Positions 9,841 through 19,037 of a DNA stretch of 64,000 nt are shown piece after piece. Source of the stretch: an uncultured Acidobacteriota bacterium (GTDB taxonomy: Bacteria > Acidobacteriota > Thermoanaerobaculia > Multivoradales > SZUA-115); contig CAWDVR010000003.1 of assembly GCA_963805975.1 (NCBI GenBank), positions 224,001 to 288,000 on the forward strand, in the 5' to 3' direction. The notes under the pieces were generated by a model. That model was not told where the DNA came from, made no database searches, and saw only the letters and a list, made by a program, of their open reading frames with translations. Made by a program: the position numbers and the translations under genes. Position 1 is the stretch's first letter, and the number at the start of each line of letters is the position of its first letter.

Positions 9841-10617
9841 TCACCTGGACCGCGAAGCCACGGTCGTGCGCACGTTCAGGAAGACGACCAGCGAGCGAGA
9901 GAGCACCCCGGAGGTGCCGGTCAGCGAGAGCGCGTAGAGGCCAACCGGGGTGGAGCCCGAGGCAGAGACCCGCAGCTCGGAGGAGCCGCCCGGCGCGACG
10001 CTCGTCAGGGTCCACGCCGCCGAGCTGGCGGCCGGCAGGCCAATGACCGCGAGGCTGACCGGTTCGGTGAAGCCGAAGTAGCCGGTGACCGAAACGGTGT
10101 AGCCCACGTTCTCGCCCGGCGAGAAACTCTGCTGCGCGGGTGCCACCGAGAGCTCGAAGTCCGGCGTGCTGACCGCTCCGGTGACGTTGAAGCGGTAGGG
10201 AAGCTGCAGAGAGCTGGCGGTCTCGACGGTCACCTTGCCGTCGAAGGTGCCGGCCGCAGTGCTCTCCAAGCGCACGGAGAAGGGGGTGCTGCCTCCAGCG
10301 GGGATGACGGTCGAGGGCGGGTCTCCGATCTGGCTCCAGCCGGTGCCGCTGACCAGGCGGTCCGGAGAGAGCAGGGTCAGCTCCTGCGGCCCGTCGTTCC
10401 AGATCGTGAACTGGCGCGAAACGGGCACCGAGATGCCGGTGTCGGGGAAGGAGCAGGTGCTGCCCGGGACGACCGGGGAGCCGTCCCAGGCTTGGGTGAC
10501 TCGGATCGTCTGGCCGACGGAGGCAGGCGTGGCGAGAGCGAAGAGCGCGGCCACGCCGCCCAAGAGCAGGACTCTGGCTCGTTTGGGGGCTCGTGTGGGG
10601 ACTCGTGCGTGGCTCAT
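9841..10617 (-). CDS. Secreted Ig-like (choice-of-anchor D-like) protein
   Basis: RBS AGGAG; signal peptide; 'FPDT...SRQFTIWNDG...L', 'APGGSSELRV'; beta-rich. Confidence 0.6.
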   Translation of the reverse strand: MSHARVPTRAPKRARVLLLGGVAALFALATPASVGQTIRVTQAWDGSPVVPGSTCSFPDTGISVPVSRQFTIWNDGPQELTLLSPDRLVSGTGWSQIGDPPSTVIPAGGSTPFSVRLESTAAGTFDGKVTVETASSLQLPYRFNVTGAVSTPDFELSVAPAQQSFSPGENVGYTVSVTGYFGFTEPVSLAVIGLPAASSAAWTLTSVAPGGSSELRVSASGSTPVGLYALSLTGTSGVLSRSLVVFLNVRTTVASRSR

Positions 10618-10755
10618 CAGCGGCCTCTCCTGAAGGTAGGGCCGGGCCGAGGGCGCGAGGGCACCCATGCCGGCCCGGACGGTCTCCATCAAGAGAGGCG
10701 CGAAAGGCGCGAGAGTTCTGTCAGGCGGATCGGGCCGGCTTGCTCGTTCCGGCGA

Positions 10756-11775
10756 TCACCGCTCGGTGAGCATCTCCTGGAGGTAACCGCCCACCTCTTC
10801 GCGCTGCTTGGCGGCGAAGTACCAGTCGATGGTGCGGCGCAGGCCGTCCATGAACTTGACCTGGGGCTCCCAGCCCAGGAGCTCCCGCGCCAGGCGGTTG
10901 CTCGCCACCCGGTTCAGGGGGCCGGTGGGCATGTGGGGCAGAAACTTGATCTCGGCCTCGTGGCCGGTGTAGCGCAGCACCTCGTGGACGGCGTCGATCA
11001 CCCGCGTGCGCTCCTCGGTGCCGAGGTTGACGGCGGTGCCGTCGTCGATCTTCTCGGCGGCGGCCACCATGCCGCTCGCGATGTCGCCGACGTAGGTCCA
11101 GTTGCGCACCTGCGTGCCGTCGCCCCACACCTCGAAGGGATTCTGCTTGACGAAGGCGCGGGCGATCATGGCGATCACCGCGTGGTTCTCCACCCCGCGC
11201 TCGCCGTAGACGGTGAAGAAGCGGCAGGAGGCGGACTTGAGCCCCAGGTCCTTGTAGTAGGCCTGGAGCGTCATCTCGGTCATCAGCTTGGCCCAGCCAT
11301 ACATGTTGTCGGCGTCGTAGGGCGGCCCCGCCATGTCCTCGGTGAGGTAGAGCTCCTGGGTCACGTCCTGCTGCAGGAAGTTGGGGTAGATGCAGCCCGA
11401 GGAGGCGAAGACGAACTTGTCCACCCCGGCCTCGGAGGCCGCCTTGACCAACATGCCGTCCATGGCCAGGTTCTGGGCGCAGGCCGCCTGGTGGAGGTCG
11501 ACGAAGCCGCGCCCGCCGTGGATGGCGGCCAGGTGGAACACCACGTCCATGCCGTCGACCGACTCCTGGGCCACGCCCGGCTGCAGCAGGTCCGCCTGGA
11601 CGAACTCCACCACACCGCTGTCGATGTGGGGCTGGATGTTGGGCAGGCGGCCGCTCGTCAGGTCGTCGACCACGCGGACCCTCGTGGCGCCCTTCTCGAC
11701 CAAGTGGTCGATCAGGTGCGAGCTGATGAACGAGGCGCCGCCGGTGACGAGGACACGCTGGGTCTTCCAGTTCAT
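10756..11775 (-). CDS. NAD-dependent nucleotide-sugar epimerase/dehydratase
   Basis: VTGGASFISSHL, VFHLAA, YGWAK (YxxxK), RNWTYVGD. Confidence 0.9.
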   Translation of the reverse strand: MNWKTQRVLVTGGASFISSHLIDHLVEKGATRVRVVDDLTSGRLPNIQPHIDSGVVEFVQADLLQPGVAQESVDGMDVVFHLAAIHGGRGFVDLHQAACAQNLAMDGMLVKAASEAGVDKFVFASSGCIYPNFLQQDVTQELYLTEDMAGPPYDADNMYGWAKLMTEMTLQAYYKDLGLKSASCRFFTVYGERGVENHAVIAMIARAFVKQNPFEVWGDGTQVRNWTYVGDIASGMVAAAEKIDDGTAVNLGTEERTRVIDAVHEVLRYTGHEAEIKFLPHMPTGPLNRVASNRLARELLGWEPQVKFMDGLRRTIDWYFAAKQREEVGGYLQEMLTER

Positions 11776-11823
11776 GACTGTGGTCTCGAAAAGGTTCAGA
11801 GGTTTTTGAAACCCGCGGAGAGT

Positions 11824-13002
11824 CTAGCCCAACGCCGCGGAGGGCGTCAGCCGGCCCTTGAGCGCCAGCAGCGGCCCCTCGAAGCAGCGGAACGAGAGCG
11901 CCGCCAGCCCTACCGTCAGCCCGATCGCCAGGAAGTAGTAGGCCGGGTAGAAGAGCCAGGCGTTGCCCGTCCACCAGGCGCTGTGCTGGAAGAGCCAGGA
12001 GGTCGCGTAGACCGCGATCATGTGCAGCATGTAGAGGCCGTAGGAGATCTTCCCCAGCCACTCGGCCGCCGGGTTGCCGAGCCGCATCCGCCGCCGCGGG
12101 TTGGCCCCCACCTCGACCACCAGCCAGGTGAAGAGGCCGAGCTGCGCCAGCTCCTCGAGCCACCAGGGCATGGGCCAGAGGTCGACGAAGAAGTACTGCG
12201 CCAGAAACAGCCCCAGCGCCCACTGCAACCAGGGCCGGGTGAAGATCGGCAGCGCCAGGAACGCCTCCCGCCGCGTGTGGAGCGCCCAGGCTGCGAGCGC
12301 GCCGGCGGCCATGAAGTGGAACTTGAGCTGGTCGAAGAACTTCACCGCCCAGTCCAGGTGGAAGGGGTTGAGCCGGTTCACCAGGTAAGCGGCGAAGGAG
12401 ACGGCGAGCACGGCCGCCGCGATCCGCGGCAGCCGGTGGTGCCAGCGCTTCATCACCGGCGCCCAGGCGAGGTAGAACTGCTCCTCGATGCCGATCGACC
12501 AGGTGGGGTTGAGCAGGCCGCCCACGGTGTAGAGGCTGTTCATGAGGTTGGGCAGGAAGAACACGTAGAGGAAGACGGCGAGCGCCGGGTGGTACTCCAC
12601 CGGGTAGGGGATGCCCAGCCAGGGCAGCAGCGCGTTGTAGAAGAAGAGGCCGAAGGCGATGGTGGCGAAGTAGAGCGGCCAGATGCGCACCATGCGCCGC
12701 AGGTAGAAAGCGCGGACGTCGATCGTGCCCTGTCTCTGCTGCTCCGCGAGCAGCAGGTAGGTGATGAGGAAGCCGGAGAGGGTGAAGAAGAAGGACACCG
12801 CCGGCGCGCCGCGGAAGAAGAGAGCGCCGGGGGCCGCGTTCGGCAGGCCCAGGCTCCCCTGGTTCATGGGGATGTGGCCGATGACCACGAACAGCGCGGC
12901 GTAGGCGCGCAGGCTGTCGAGGCCGGGGAAGCGCGTCGTCGCCGTGTCCCTGGGATGGAGCTCCGCGGCGGGCGGCCCGAGCCGAGCATTGGTGGCGGTC
13001 AC
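11824..13002 (-). CDS. Acyltransferase-3 (OafA-like) membrane O-acyltransferase
   Basis: LDSLRA, FFTLSGFLI, RRMVRIWP, WSIGIEEQFY, LGKISYGLY; GTG start overlaps upstream stop. Confidence 0.9.
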   Translation of the reverse strand: MTATNARLGPPAAELHPRDTATTRFPGLDSLRAYAALFVVIGHIPMNQGSLGLPNAAPGALFFRGAPAVSFFFTLSGFLITYLLLAEQQRQGTIDVRAFYLRRMVRIWPLYFATIAFGLFFYNALLPWLGIPYPVEYHPALAVFLYVFFLPNLMNSLYTVGGLLNPTWSIGIEEQFYLAWAPVMKRWHHRLPRIAAAVLAVSFAAYLVNRLNPFHLDWAVKFFDQLKFHFMAAGALAAWALHTRREAFLALPIFTRPWLQWALGLFLAQYFFVDLWPMPWWLEELAQLGLFTWLVVEVGANPRRRMRLGNPAAEWLGKISYGLYMLHMIAVYATSWLFQHSAWWTGNAWLFYPAYYFLAIGLTVGLAALSFRCFEGPLLALKGRLTPSAALG

Positions 13003-13727
13003 GGGCGGACGAAGAGGGCGTCGAGTTGGAGGACCCGCCCGCTCGCGTGGTCGACCAGCGCCGGCTCGGTCGAGAACAGCGAGAAGCCGAGAGCGTCGAG
13101 GCGAGCCACGACCTCCGGCAACAGCGGCGATCCCGTGTAGAGCGGCACCGTGGAGAGCTCGAGCTCCAGGCCGCAGGCGCGTTCGATCGTGCGCGGGGCG
13201 CCGTCGAGGGCCTTGAGCTCGGAGCCTTGCAGGTCCAGTTTCAGGACCAGGCTGCCGGAGATGCTGCGCTCCGCGAGCAGCCCGTCGATCGTCCGTACGG
13301 GTACCCGGAGAGGGACGGTCCTCTGCCAGCCCTCGGTGCCTGAAGCGCCGGAGGCCGTGAAGAGCGAGCTGACCTCGGCGATCTCGCTGGCGTAGAGCGT
13401 CGCCTCGCCGGCCTCCTCGCCGAGCGCGACATTGACGGCGCGCCAGGCGGGATCGTTTCGGCACGCCTCCGCGAGATCCGCGAACGCTCCCGGCAACGGT
13501 TCGACGGAGAGGATCTCGCCACGGTATCCCAGACGGCGGATCTGGCGCGCGTACTGGCCGCGGTTGGCTCCGCCGTCGAGCACGAAGCCCACGGCCAGGT
13601 CGGCGAAGAGCTTGGCCCGCCGCAGCTCGTGCTGCCGCAGATGGCTGTAGGAAACCACGTCGTAGCCGGCGCGACGAAAGAGGCCGCGACAGAAGTCTCG
13701 CGTTGCTGCCCGGGCGCGCTGGATCAT
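12999..13727 (-). CDS. FkbM-family methyltransferase
   Basis: LDGGANRGQY, SVEP, LKLDLQGSE, QLDALF. Confidence 0.9.
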   Translation of the reverse strand: MIQRARAATRDFCRGLFRRAGYDVVSYSHLRQHELRRAKLFADLAVGFVLDGGANRGQYARQIRRLGYRGEILSVEPLPGAFADLAEACRNDPAWRAVNVALGEEAGEATLYASEIAEVSSLFTASGASGTEGWQRTVPLRVPVRTIDGLLAERSISGSLVLKLDLQGSELKALDGAPRTIERACGLELELSTVPLYTGSPLLPEVVARLDALGFSLFSTEPALVDHASGRVLQLDALFVRP

Positions 13728-13768
13728 GATGTGCGGGTGCTCGGGGGTCTGCGGGTGCTCGGGTCCGC

Positions 13769-14659
13769 TCAGCGATAGTGCTCGCGGCAGTAGCGGATCA
13801 CGGCGCGACGACCCTGGAGCTTGTCGTCGAGCTCGGACCGCCGGTCCGGGTAGATCCAACGGCCGAGGCGCAGAAACAGGGCCTCGAGGGAGAGGCGGCC
13901 GGCGACCGCCCACCGTACCAACGTGGGGAAGCGGATCTTGCCATACTTGGTGAGCAGCAACCACCGCGCCTTGTAGAACCGCAGGACCCGATGGCTCGCC
14001 TTCTGCGGCGTGCCGGAGCCCTCGTGGAAGGCGACGGCGCCCGGCAGGATGGCGACCTTCCAGCCCCGCCGCCAGGCGTTCATGCACAGGTCGTGGTCGA
14101 GGTCCAACCAGTCGAGCCTTTCGTCGAAGCCTCCCAGCTCCTCGAAGGCCCGCCGCCGGATCGCCATGGCACAGGTGTAGACACAGAGGCGCTCGCTGCC
14201 GCCGCGAGGGAACCAGCGGAGCCACAGCGCGTGGAGCCTCTGGCCCAGCACCAGCGAAGCCTGGCCGGGCTCGGGCTCCGCGCTGCCGGTCGCGCGGCCG
14301 TGCCGGTCGACGGTGGCAAAGCCCGCGATGGCGAGCTTCGGATCGGCCAGGAAGGCGTCGCGCACCGGCGCCGTGAAGTCGTGGAGGGGGTAGGCGTCGG
14401 AGTCGAAGAGCACCACGAGATCAGTGTCGAGCCCGGCGATGGCGAGGTTCAGCGTCTTGACCAGGCCCAGGTTCGCGCGGTTGACCACCAGCTCGACCCG
14501 CGAGTCGATGGCCGGCGGCCGCGGGATCGTCGAGGCATCGTCGTGGAGCACCACGCGGTCTATGGCTGCGCCCTGGACGAGGACCTTCTCGACACAGCGC
14601 AGAGCGATGTCCCAGGTGTTGTAGTTGGTGACGACGACGCCCAGTGAGAGGGTCTCCAT
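13769..14659 (-). CDS. Glycosyltransferase family 2
   Basis: VVVTNYN, DDAS, FDSD, LGGFDE. Confidence 0.9.
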   Translation of the reverse strand: METLSLGVVVTNYNTWDIALRCVEKVLVQGAAIDRVVLHDDASTIPRPPAIDSRVELVVNRANLGLVKTLNLAIAGLDTDLVVLFDSDAYPLHDFTAPVRDAFLADPKLAIAGFATVDRHGRATGSAEPEPGQASLVLGQRLHALWLRWFPRGGSERLCVYTCAMAIRRRAFEELGGFDERLDWLDLDHDLCMNAWRRGWKVAILPGAVAFHEGSGTPQKASHRVLRFYKARWLLLTKYGKIRFPTLVRWAVAGRLSLEALFLRLGRWIYPDRRSELDDKLQGRRAVIRYCREHYR

Positions 14660-14683
14660 GGCTCGGCCGCGAGCTGATCTGCC

Positions 14684-15493
14684 TCAGCCCGGCGCGCGGC
14701 TCCACTCCCGGACGGCTTCGCTGCGCACCAGGTGGAGAATGGCGCTCGGAAGCTCGGGGTCGGAGAGCTTGGCGAGGTGAAAACCGCGCCAGCCGAGCAG
14801 GACCTCCACCAACCGCTCCAGGGGATAGACGGTGGGGTGGTACTCCAGGGCGACCGCGTCCAGGCGGGCGAGGTCGGCCTCGCCCAGGGCCTCGAGGATG
14901 GCGAGCTCACTGCCTTCGCAGTCGAGCTTGAGCAGGCGCACGCGCTGCGGAAGCGCCGCGAGGAGGGTCGAGATCGAGCGCGTCTCCACCTCCCGGCCGG
15001 CGTCGTAGGCCACGCCCGCCGCGCGGGCGAAGGCCGGCTCCAGGGTGCTCATGCCCCCGCCGTGGGCCGTGGTCTCGAGGAGAGTCGCGCTGCCGTCGCG
15101 GCCGGTGACCGCGGCGCGGTGGGCCGCGATCCTACTTTTGAAACCGTTGCCGGCGATGTTGCGCTCCAGGAGCGCGAAGACGCGCGGCGAGGGCTCGAAG
15201 GCGATCACTCGCGCGCCCCGCCAGGCGAAGTAGCAGGACGCGAAGCCATGGTTGGCGCCGATGTCGAGCACCAGGTCGCCCGGCCGCACCGGCACCATGG
15301 GCACGTCGTAGAGACGGGCGTGGAAGACGTCTCCGAGGATCCGATCGGCACCGTTCAGGCAGCGGAAGGTGAGGTCCGTGGCGCGATCGGTGACCGTGAC
15401 CTCGCGCCGGCCGAAGAACCGCTGCGCCGCCAGCCAGAGCGGGCGGCGGTAGCTCATGGAGCCCTTGGCGAGGCGATAGAGAGCGGCGCGCAT
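14684..15493 (-). CDS. FkbM-family methyltransferase
   Basis: LDIGANHG, IAFEP, LKLDCEGSE. Confidence 0.9.
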   Translation of the reverse strand: MRAALYRLAKGSMSYRRPLWLAAQRFFGRREVTVTDRATDLTFRCLNGADRILGDVFHARLYDVPMVPVRPGDLVLDIGANHGFASCYFAWRGARVIAFEPSPRVFALLERNIAGNGFKSRIAAHRAAVTGRDGSATLLETTAHGGGMSTLEPAFARAAGVAYDAGREVETRSISTLLAALPQRVRLLKLDCEGSELAILEALGEADLARLDAVALEYHPTVYPLERLVEVLLGWRGFHLAKLSDPELPSAILHLVRSEAVREWSRAPG

Positions 15494-15534
15494 CGATAGT
15501 CAGAATAGCAGCAGGATTTGGCCGTCACCGGCCG

Positions 15535-18171
15535 TCAGGCCTGCTCCGCCGCGATGACGTAGCCCACGGGGAGGAACACGTCCTCGTAGCCCGCCGCGCG
15601 CAGCGCCAGGCGGACCCAGCGCTTCACCGGGTTCCGCGACCGCTCGAGGTGGGGCAGGAAGCGCAGCCGTTGGAAGCCGGCGTGGCGTAGCAGGTACTCG
15701 AGCTCGCCCCGGGTGTAGGTGATCTCGGTGGTGGGAGTGGTGCGGGAGAGCTCGAGCGCGTTGGCGCGCTGCCGGCGGATGTGGATCAGCGGCGAGGGGC
15801 TCTCGATCACCACCAGCACGCCGCCGGGTTTGAGCACTCGGCGGATCTCGAGCAGCACCTTGATCGGCGCCAGGGAGTGATGGATGGCGGCGATCAGGAA
15901 AGCGGCGTCGAAGCTGCCGGCCTCGAACGGCACCGCCTCGAAGCTCGAGGCGGCGAAGGTCACCTTGTCGAGGCGGCCCTCGTAGTGGCGGATGACCGCC
16001 GTCCCCACGCGCCGCAGGAACTGCTCGGAGAGATCGAGCGCCACCACCTCCTCGACCGCGTCCAGCTTCGAGAGGAAGGCCGTGGCCCAGCCGCTCCCGG
16101 CGCCGAGGTCGATCACCCGTCCGCGCACCCGCGACGCGATCTCCGGGTCGGCGAGCGCTTGGTGGAAGGCGCGGTGCGCGCCCGGCTCGTGCTGCTCGAC
16201 GACCTTCACCCACGACTCGGCCGCATCGCCGCCCAGCCGCGCCGCCACCTCTTCGGCCGCGCCGGACTCGTAGCCCATCATCTCGCGGTGCTCGGGATCA
16301 TCGGGCGAGGGGACGCGGCCGCGGACGAACCGCGGCCCTGCCCCGGTGCCCGCCGTGTGTTGGCTGCCGGGCCGAGGCTCCCCGACGGTGGCGCCGCCGG
16401 GCGGAGGCACCCGTGTCACCACCACGTCGCCCAGCACCAGGCGGTCCATGCGGGTGCGCAGGAAACAGTCGATCGCCTCTTCCGGGCGGTTGACGATGGG
16501 CTCGTTCTCGTTGAACGAGGTGTTGAGCACCATGGGCACACCGGTCGCCGCCGCGAAGGCCGAGATCAGCCGGTGGTAGCGCGGGTTGGCCTCACGCGAC
16601 ACGGTCTGCAAACGGCCGGTGCCGTCGGCGTGGGTGACGGCGGGGATCGCGGCGCGCTTCTCCGGCCGGATGGGGTAGACCTTGAGCATGAACGGGTCCG
16701 GGTAGTCGAGAGTGAACCAGTCGCCGGTCGCTTCTTCGAGCACCGAGGGCGCGAACGGGCGGAACGACTCGCGGCGCTTGATCTTGCGGTTCAGGATCTC
16801 CTTCATGTCCGGCCGCCGCGGGTCGGCGAGGATCGAGCGGTTGCCGAGCGCCCGCGGCCCCCACTCCGAGCGGCCCTGGTACCAGCCCACCACCTCGCCG
16901 GCGGCGAGCGCCGCGGCGGTCTCGCGCGCCAGGCGCTCCTCGTCGCGGACCGTCGCGACCGTCACCTCGCCCCAGCGGCCGTCGCCGCTCTCGGAACCGG
17001 GGACGCGGTCGACCAGGGCGCGGCGAACCTCCGCCTCGCCGTAGGCCGGGCCCCAGTAGGAGTGCTCCATCACGAAGCCGCGCGGCCGGCCGAGCACGGC
17101 GTGCTCCACGTAGAGCGCCGCGCCGAGCGCCGTGCCGGCGTCGCCGGCCGCGGCCTGCACGTAGATCTCCTTCACGTCCGTCCGGTCGAACAGCTTGCCG
17201 TTGGCGAGCGAGTTGAGCGCGCAGCCGCCGGCGAGCGCCAGCCGCTCGAGGCCGGTCCGCGCCTGGAGCGCGCGCACCAGGGCGAAGAAGCGTTCCTCGT
17301 ACACCTGCTGCAGCGAGGCCGCGAGGTCTTTGTGGCGCTGGGTGAGGTCGTCTTCCCTGCCGCGCGTGGGGCCCAGCAGCTCGGCGAGCGCCGGCGTGTA
17401 GACCAGGCCGAGGGTGGGGGAGCCGTCGTCCCAGCTCATGTCGACGCCCTCGGAGAGGTGGCGGAAGTAGGCGAGATCGAGGCGGAAGGTGCCGTCTTCG
17501 AGCGCCGGCACCACGCGCCGCAGCTCGGCCGCGTACCGGGGCTCCCCGTAGGCGGCGAGGCCCATCACCTTGTACTCGTCGCCAAAGCCCACGAAGCCCA
17601 GGAACTGGGTGATGGCGGTGTAGAAGAGGCCCAGGGAGTGTGGAAAATGGACGCGCTCCAGCACGTCCAGCCGAGGGCCGCGGCCGGTGGCGAGCATGGT
17701 GGAGACGAAGTCCCCGAAGCCGTCGACCGAGAGGCACATGGCCTCTTCGAAGGGCGAGCAGAAGAAGGCCGAGGCGAGGTGGGCCAGGTGGTGCTCGACG
17801 GGGTGGATGGGCGGCATCCTGCCGCCGTCTCCGAAGAGCTCGGCGAGCCGCGACTCGAGCGAGGCCACGGCGGCGAGGTTCCTCGCCCGCCCGGCCGCCC
17901 GGCCGAGGCTCCGCGGATGGGTCAGAGCCAGCCACGCCTTGCGCGCGAGATAGGCCCGCGGCTGGCGCGAGACGGCTACCGCGTCCAAGCCTCCGAGGCC
18001 GGCACCGAGCTCGGCCAGGCAGTGGCGGACGGCCTCCTCGGGAAAGCCCGCCCAGTGCTTCACGCGGCGGAAGCGCTCCTCCTCGACGCCGGTCACGAAG
18101 GCGCCGCCGGCGAGGGCAACCGCGGAGGCGTCGGCGTGGAAGGCGTTGATGCCGAGGATGCGCGTGGTCAT
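15535..18171 (-). CDS. Carbamoyltransferase fused to a class I SAM methyltransferase (878 aa)
   Basis: ILGINAFHADAS, EHHLAHLASAF, GPRALGNRSIL, NTSFNENEP, then linker and IDLGAGSG...SFDAAF...VLKPGG in one frame. Confidence 0.85.
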   Translation of the reverse strand: MTTRILGINAFHADASAVALAGGAFVTGVEEERFRRVKHWAGFPEEAVRHCLAELGAGLGGLDAVAVSRQPRAYLARKAWLALTHPRSLGRAAGRARNLAAVASLESRLAELFGDGGRMPPIHPVEHHLAHLASAFFCSPFEEAMCLSVDGFGDFVSTMLATGRGPRLDVLERVHFPHSLGLFYTAITQFLGFVGFGDEYKVMGLAAYGEPRYAAELRRVVPALEDGTFRLDLAYFRHLSEGVDMSWDDGSPTLGLVYTPALAELLGPTRGREDDLTQRHKDLAASLQQVYEERFFALVRALQARTGLERLALAGGCALNSLANGKLFDRTDVKEIYVQAAAGDAGTALGAALYVEHAVLGRPRGFVMEHSYWGPAYGEAEVRRALVDRVPGSESGDGRWGEVTVATVRDEERLARETAAALAAGEVVGWYQGRSEWGPRALGNRSILADPRRPDMKEILNRKIKRRESFRPFAPSVLEEATGDWFTLDYPDPFMLKVYPIRPEKRAAIPAVTHADGTGRLQTVSREANPRYHRLISAFAAATGVPMVLNTSFNENEPIVNRPEEAIDCFLRTRMDRLVLGDVVVTRVPPPGGATVGEPRPGSQHTAGTGAGPRFVRGRVPSPDDPEHREMMGYESGAAEEVAARLGGDAAESWVKVVEQHEPGAHRAFHQALADPEIASRVRGRVIDLGAGSGWATAFLSKLDAVEEVVALDLSEQFLRRVGTAVIRHYEGRLDKVTFAASSFEAVPFEAGSFDAAFLIAAIHHSLAPIKVLLEIRRVLKPGGVLVVIESPSPLIHIRRQRANALELSRTTPTTEITYTRGELEYLLRHAGFQRLRFLPHLERSRNPVKRWVRLALRAAGYEDVFLPVGYVIAAEQA

Positions 18172-19037
18172 CGCGAGCTGGGGTGCGGGTCTTCCGCCAG
18201 GATCTCCGCCAGCCGCACGTCCACCACCAGGCGGAACCAGAAGGCCTGGAGAAAATGGAAGAGGAAGCCGGTCCTGCCGTCGAGAAAGCCCAGGAGGAAG
18301 ACGTAGCGGTAGACGAAGTAGAGGAACGGGCGCAGGAAGAGTGGCATCCGGTACCAGCGCTCCTTCAGCCACAGCACGCGCTCGTCCGGGGTGCCGAAGA
18401 ACCGGCCCCGCACCTTGAAGGCCAGGCCCTCGCGGCGGCGCTTCGCCTCCTCCTGGGCGAAGGCCTCGGCGTAGCGCAGGTGCTTCTCGAGGTAGAAGAG
18501 GATCGCCTCCTCCTTGCGGTTCCATTCCTCGAGCGGCGCCCGGAGCCTCGCCACCGGCCCGCGCACGTAGACCCGCGTGTCCTGCTCCACCGGGTCGAGC
18601 TCGCCCTTGGCGCGGCGGAAGAGCTTCAACAGGAACTTGCCGCCGTAGCCGCCGAAGCGCAGCCGCTTGCCGCGGAACACCTGCACGCGCCGGATGTAGA
18701 AGCCGTCGGCCGGGATCTCCGGCTGCGCGAAGAGCTCTTCGAGCTCGGCCTTGAGCTCGGGGGTGAGCGCCTGGTCGGCCTCGAGGATCAGCACCCATTC
18801 GTGGCGGATCTCCAGGTGGTCGAGCCCCCACTGAAAGATCCACGGGATGATGCGCCCGTGCTCGTAGGGGAGGTTCACCACCTCGTCGGCATAGCGGCGG
18901 GCGATCTCGACCGTGCCGTCCGTGGACTCGGAGTCGAGCACCAGGATCTGGCCGGCGAAGCCGTGCACGCTGGCGAGCGAGCGGCCGAGGTTCGCTGCTT
19001 CGTTGCGGGTGGTGACGAGGACAGTGACCGGAATCAT
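18168..19037 (-). CDS. Glycosyltransferase family 2
   Basis: MIPVTVLVTTRNE, LDSESTDGT, WVLILEAD, LGFLDG. Confidence 0.9.
   Translation of the reverse strand: MIPVTVLVTTRNEAANLGRSLASVHGFAGQILVLDSESTDGTVEIARRYADEVVNLPYEHGRIIPWIFQWGLDHLEIRHEWVLILEADQALTPELKAELEELFAQPEIPADGFYIRRVQVFRGKRLRFGGYGGKFLLKLFRRAKGELDPVEQDTRVYVRGPVARLRAPLEEWNRKEEAILFYLEKHLRYAEAFAQEEAKRRREGLAFKVRGRFFGTPDERVLWLKERWYRMPLFLRPFLYFVYRYVFLLGFLDGRTGFLFHFLQAFWFRLVVDVRLAEILAEDPHPSSR

Noticed and set aside
9034-13140. 1368-aa plus-strand ORF and similar long ORFs (15781-18306, 36621-39227, 40487-42571, 54639-56966)
   Set aside because: Antisense shadows of well-supported genes. Codon bias at high GC removes stops, and the translations carry no motifs.
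13731-13763. Short direct repeat TGCGGGTGCTCGGG twice (also GAGGGCGGCG twice near 53865-53890)
   Set aside because: Two-copy GC-rich intergenic duplications with no further structure.
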